A DNA stretch of 64,000 nt from Anaerolineales bacterium. GTDB taxonomy: Bacteria; Chloroflexota; Anaerolineae; Anaerolineales; E44-bin32. Positions 63,841 through 64,000 of the stretch are shown here, one piece after another (position 1 is the first letter of the stretch; each line of letters starts with the position of its first letter). The stretch is taken from the NCBI GenBank assembly GCA_034417075.1, contig DAOULU010000006.1, positions 74,283-138,282 of the forward strand, read 5' to 3'. The translations under genes were made by a program, and so were the position numbers. The notes under the pieces are model-generated. The model ran no database searches. It was not told where the DNA came from and worked only from the letters and a program-made list of their open reading frames with translations.

Positions 63841-64000
63841 ATGACACAAGATCATATCCAAGTCGTAGGGGCAAGGGAACACAACCTTAAGAATCTCTCC
63901 GTCAACATCCCGCGGAACAAACTCGTCGTCATTTCCGGCATATCCGGATCAGGTAAATCTTCGCTCGCCTTCGACACCATTTTTGCAGAAGGTCAACGCC
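63841..64000 (+). CDS. uvrA: excinuclease ABC subunit A (partial; 5' end only)
   Basis: Manual translation gives [53 protein letters not shown], the canonical UvrA N-terminus with Walker A GxSGSGKSS. Confidence 0.93.
   Translation, partial: MTQDHIQVVGAREHNLKNLSVNIPRNKLVVISGISGSGKSSLAFDTIFAEGQR

Overview
This is a gene-dense 64 kb chromosomal window with about 58 coding regions and moderately high GC. The intergenic regions are AT-richer. The gene content suggests a Chloroflexota (Anaerolineae-like) core-genome segment: many lipoprotein-type signal peptides, Thr/Pro-rich linkers, Ser/Thr kinases and glycine-cleavage genes. This taxonomic guess is inference only.

Recognisable genes, left to right:
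- A TetR-controlled ABC-2/HlyD exporter operon with two ATPase genes (1-4855, minus strand).
- A DUF89 phosphatase, then a translationally coupled DUF362 plus flippase-like pair.
- lysS, greA and a PIG-L deacetylase.
- A rearranged tRNA-Lys locus and a tRNA-Val.
- Two M1 peptidases, one M6 (InhA-like) peptidase and one M29 aminopeptidase.
- An orphan PAS histidine kinase.
- An unlisted 48-aa Flp-type pilin in a 1.2 kb gene-poor AT-rich gap.
- dcd, azlCD flanked by two Ser/Thr kinases, and a large uridine-kinase-family protein.
- gcvH-gcvPA-gcvPB behind a tandem glycine riboswitch.
- alr, an SLC13 transporter, tgt and uppP.
- A cluster of surface proteins headed by a single-polypeptide ECF sigma/anti-sigma fusion.
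- A metallophosphoesterase and the 5' end of uvrA.

I found no CRISPR array, integrase, transposase, restriction or other recognisable defence module, and no rRNA.

The items most worth a second look:
1. The sigma/anti-sigma/TM/SH3b fusion and its co-oriented surface-protein cluster.
2. An unrecognised two-Cys C-terminal ectodomain shared by both kinases.
3. GTAG-headed REP-like hairpins, including a 38-nt direct repeat bracketing 276 bp.
4. The scarred tRNA-Lys locus with a flavodoxin-like pseudogene fragment.
5. The orphan Flp pilin region.

All calls come from reading the sequence and the ORF translations. No database searches were run.
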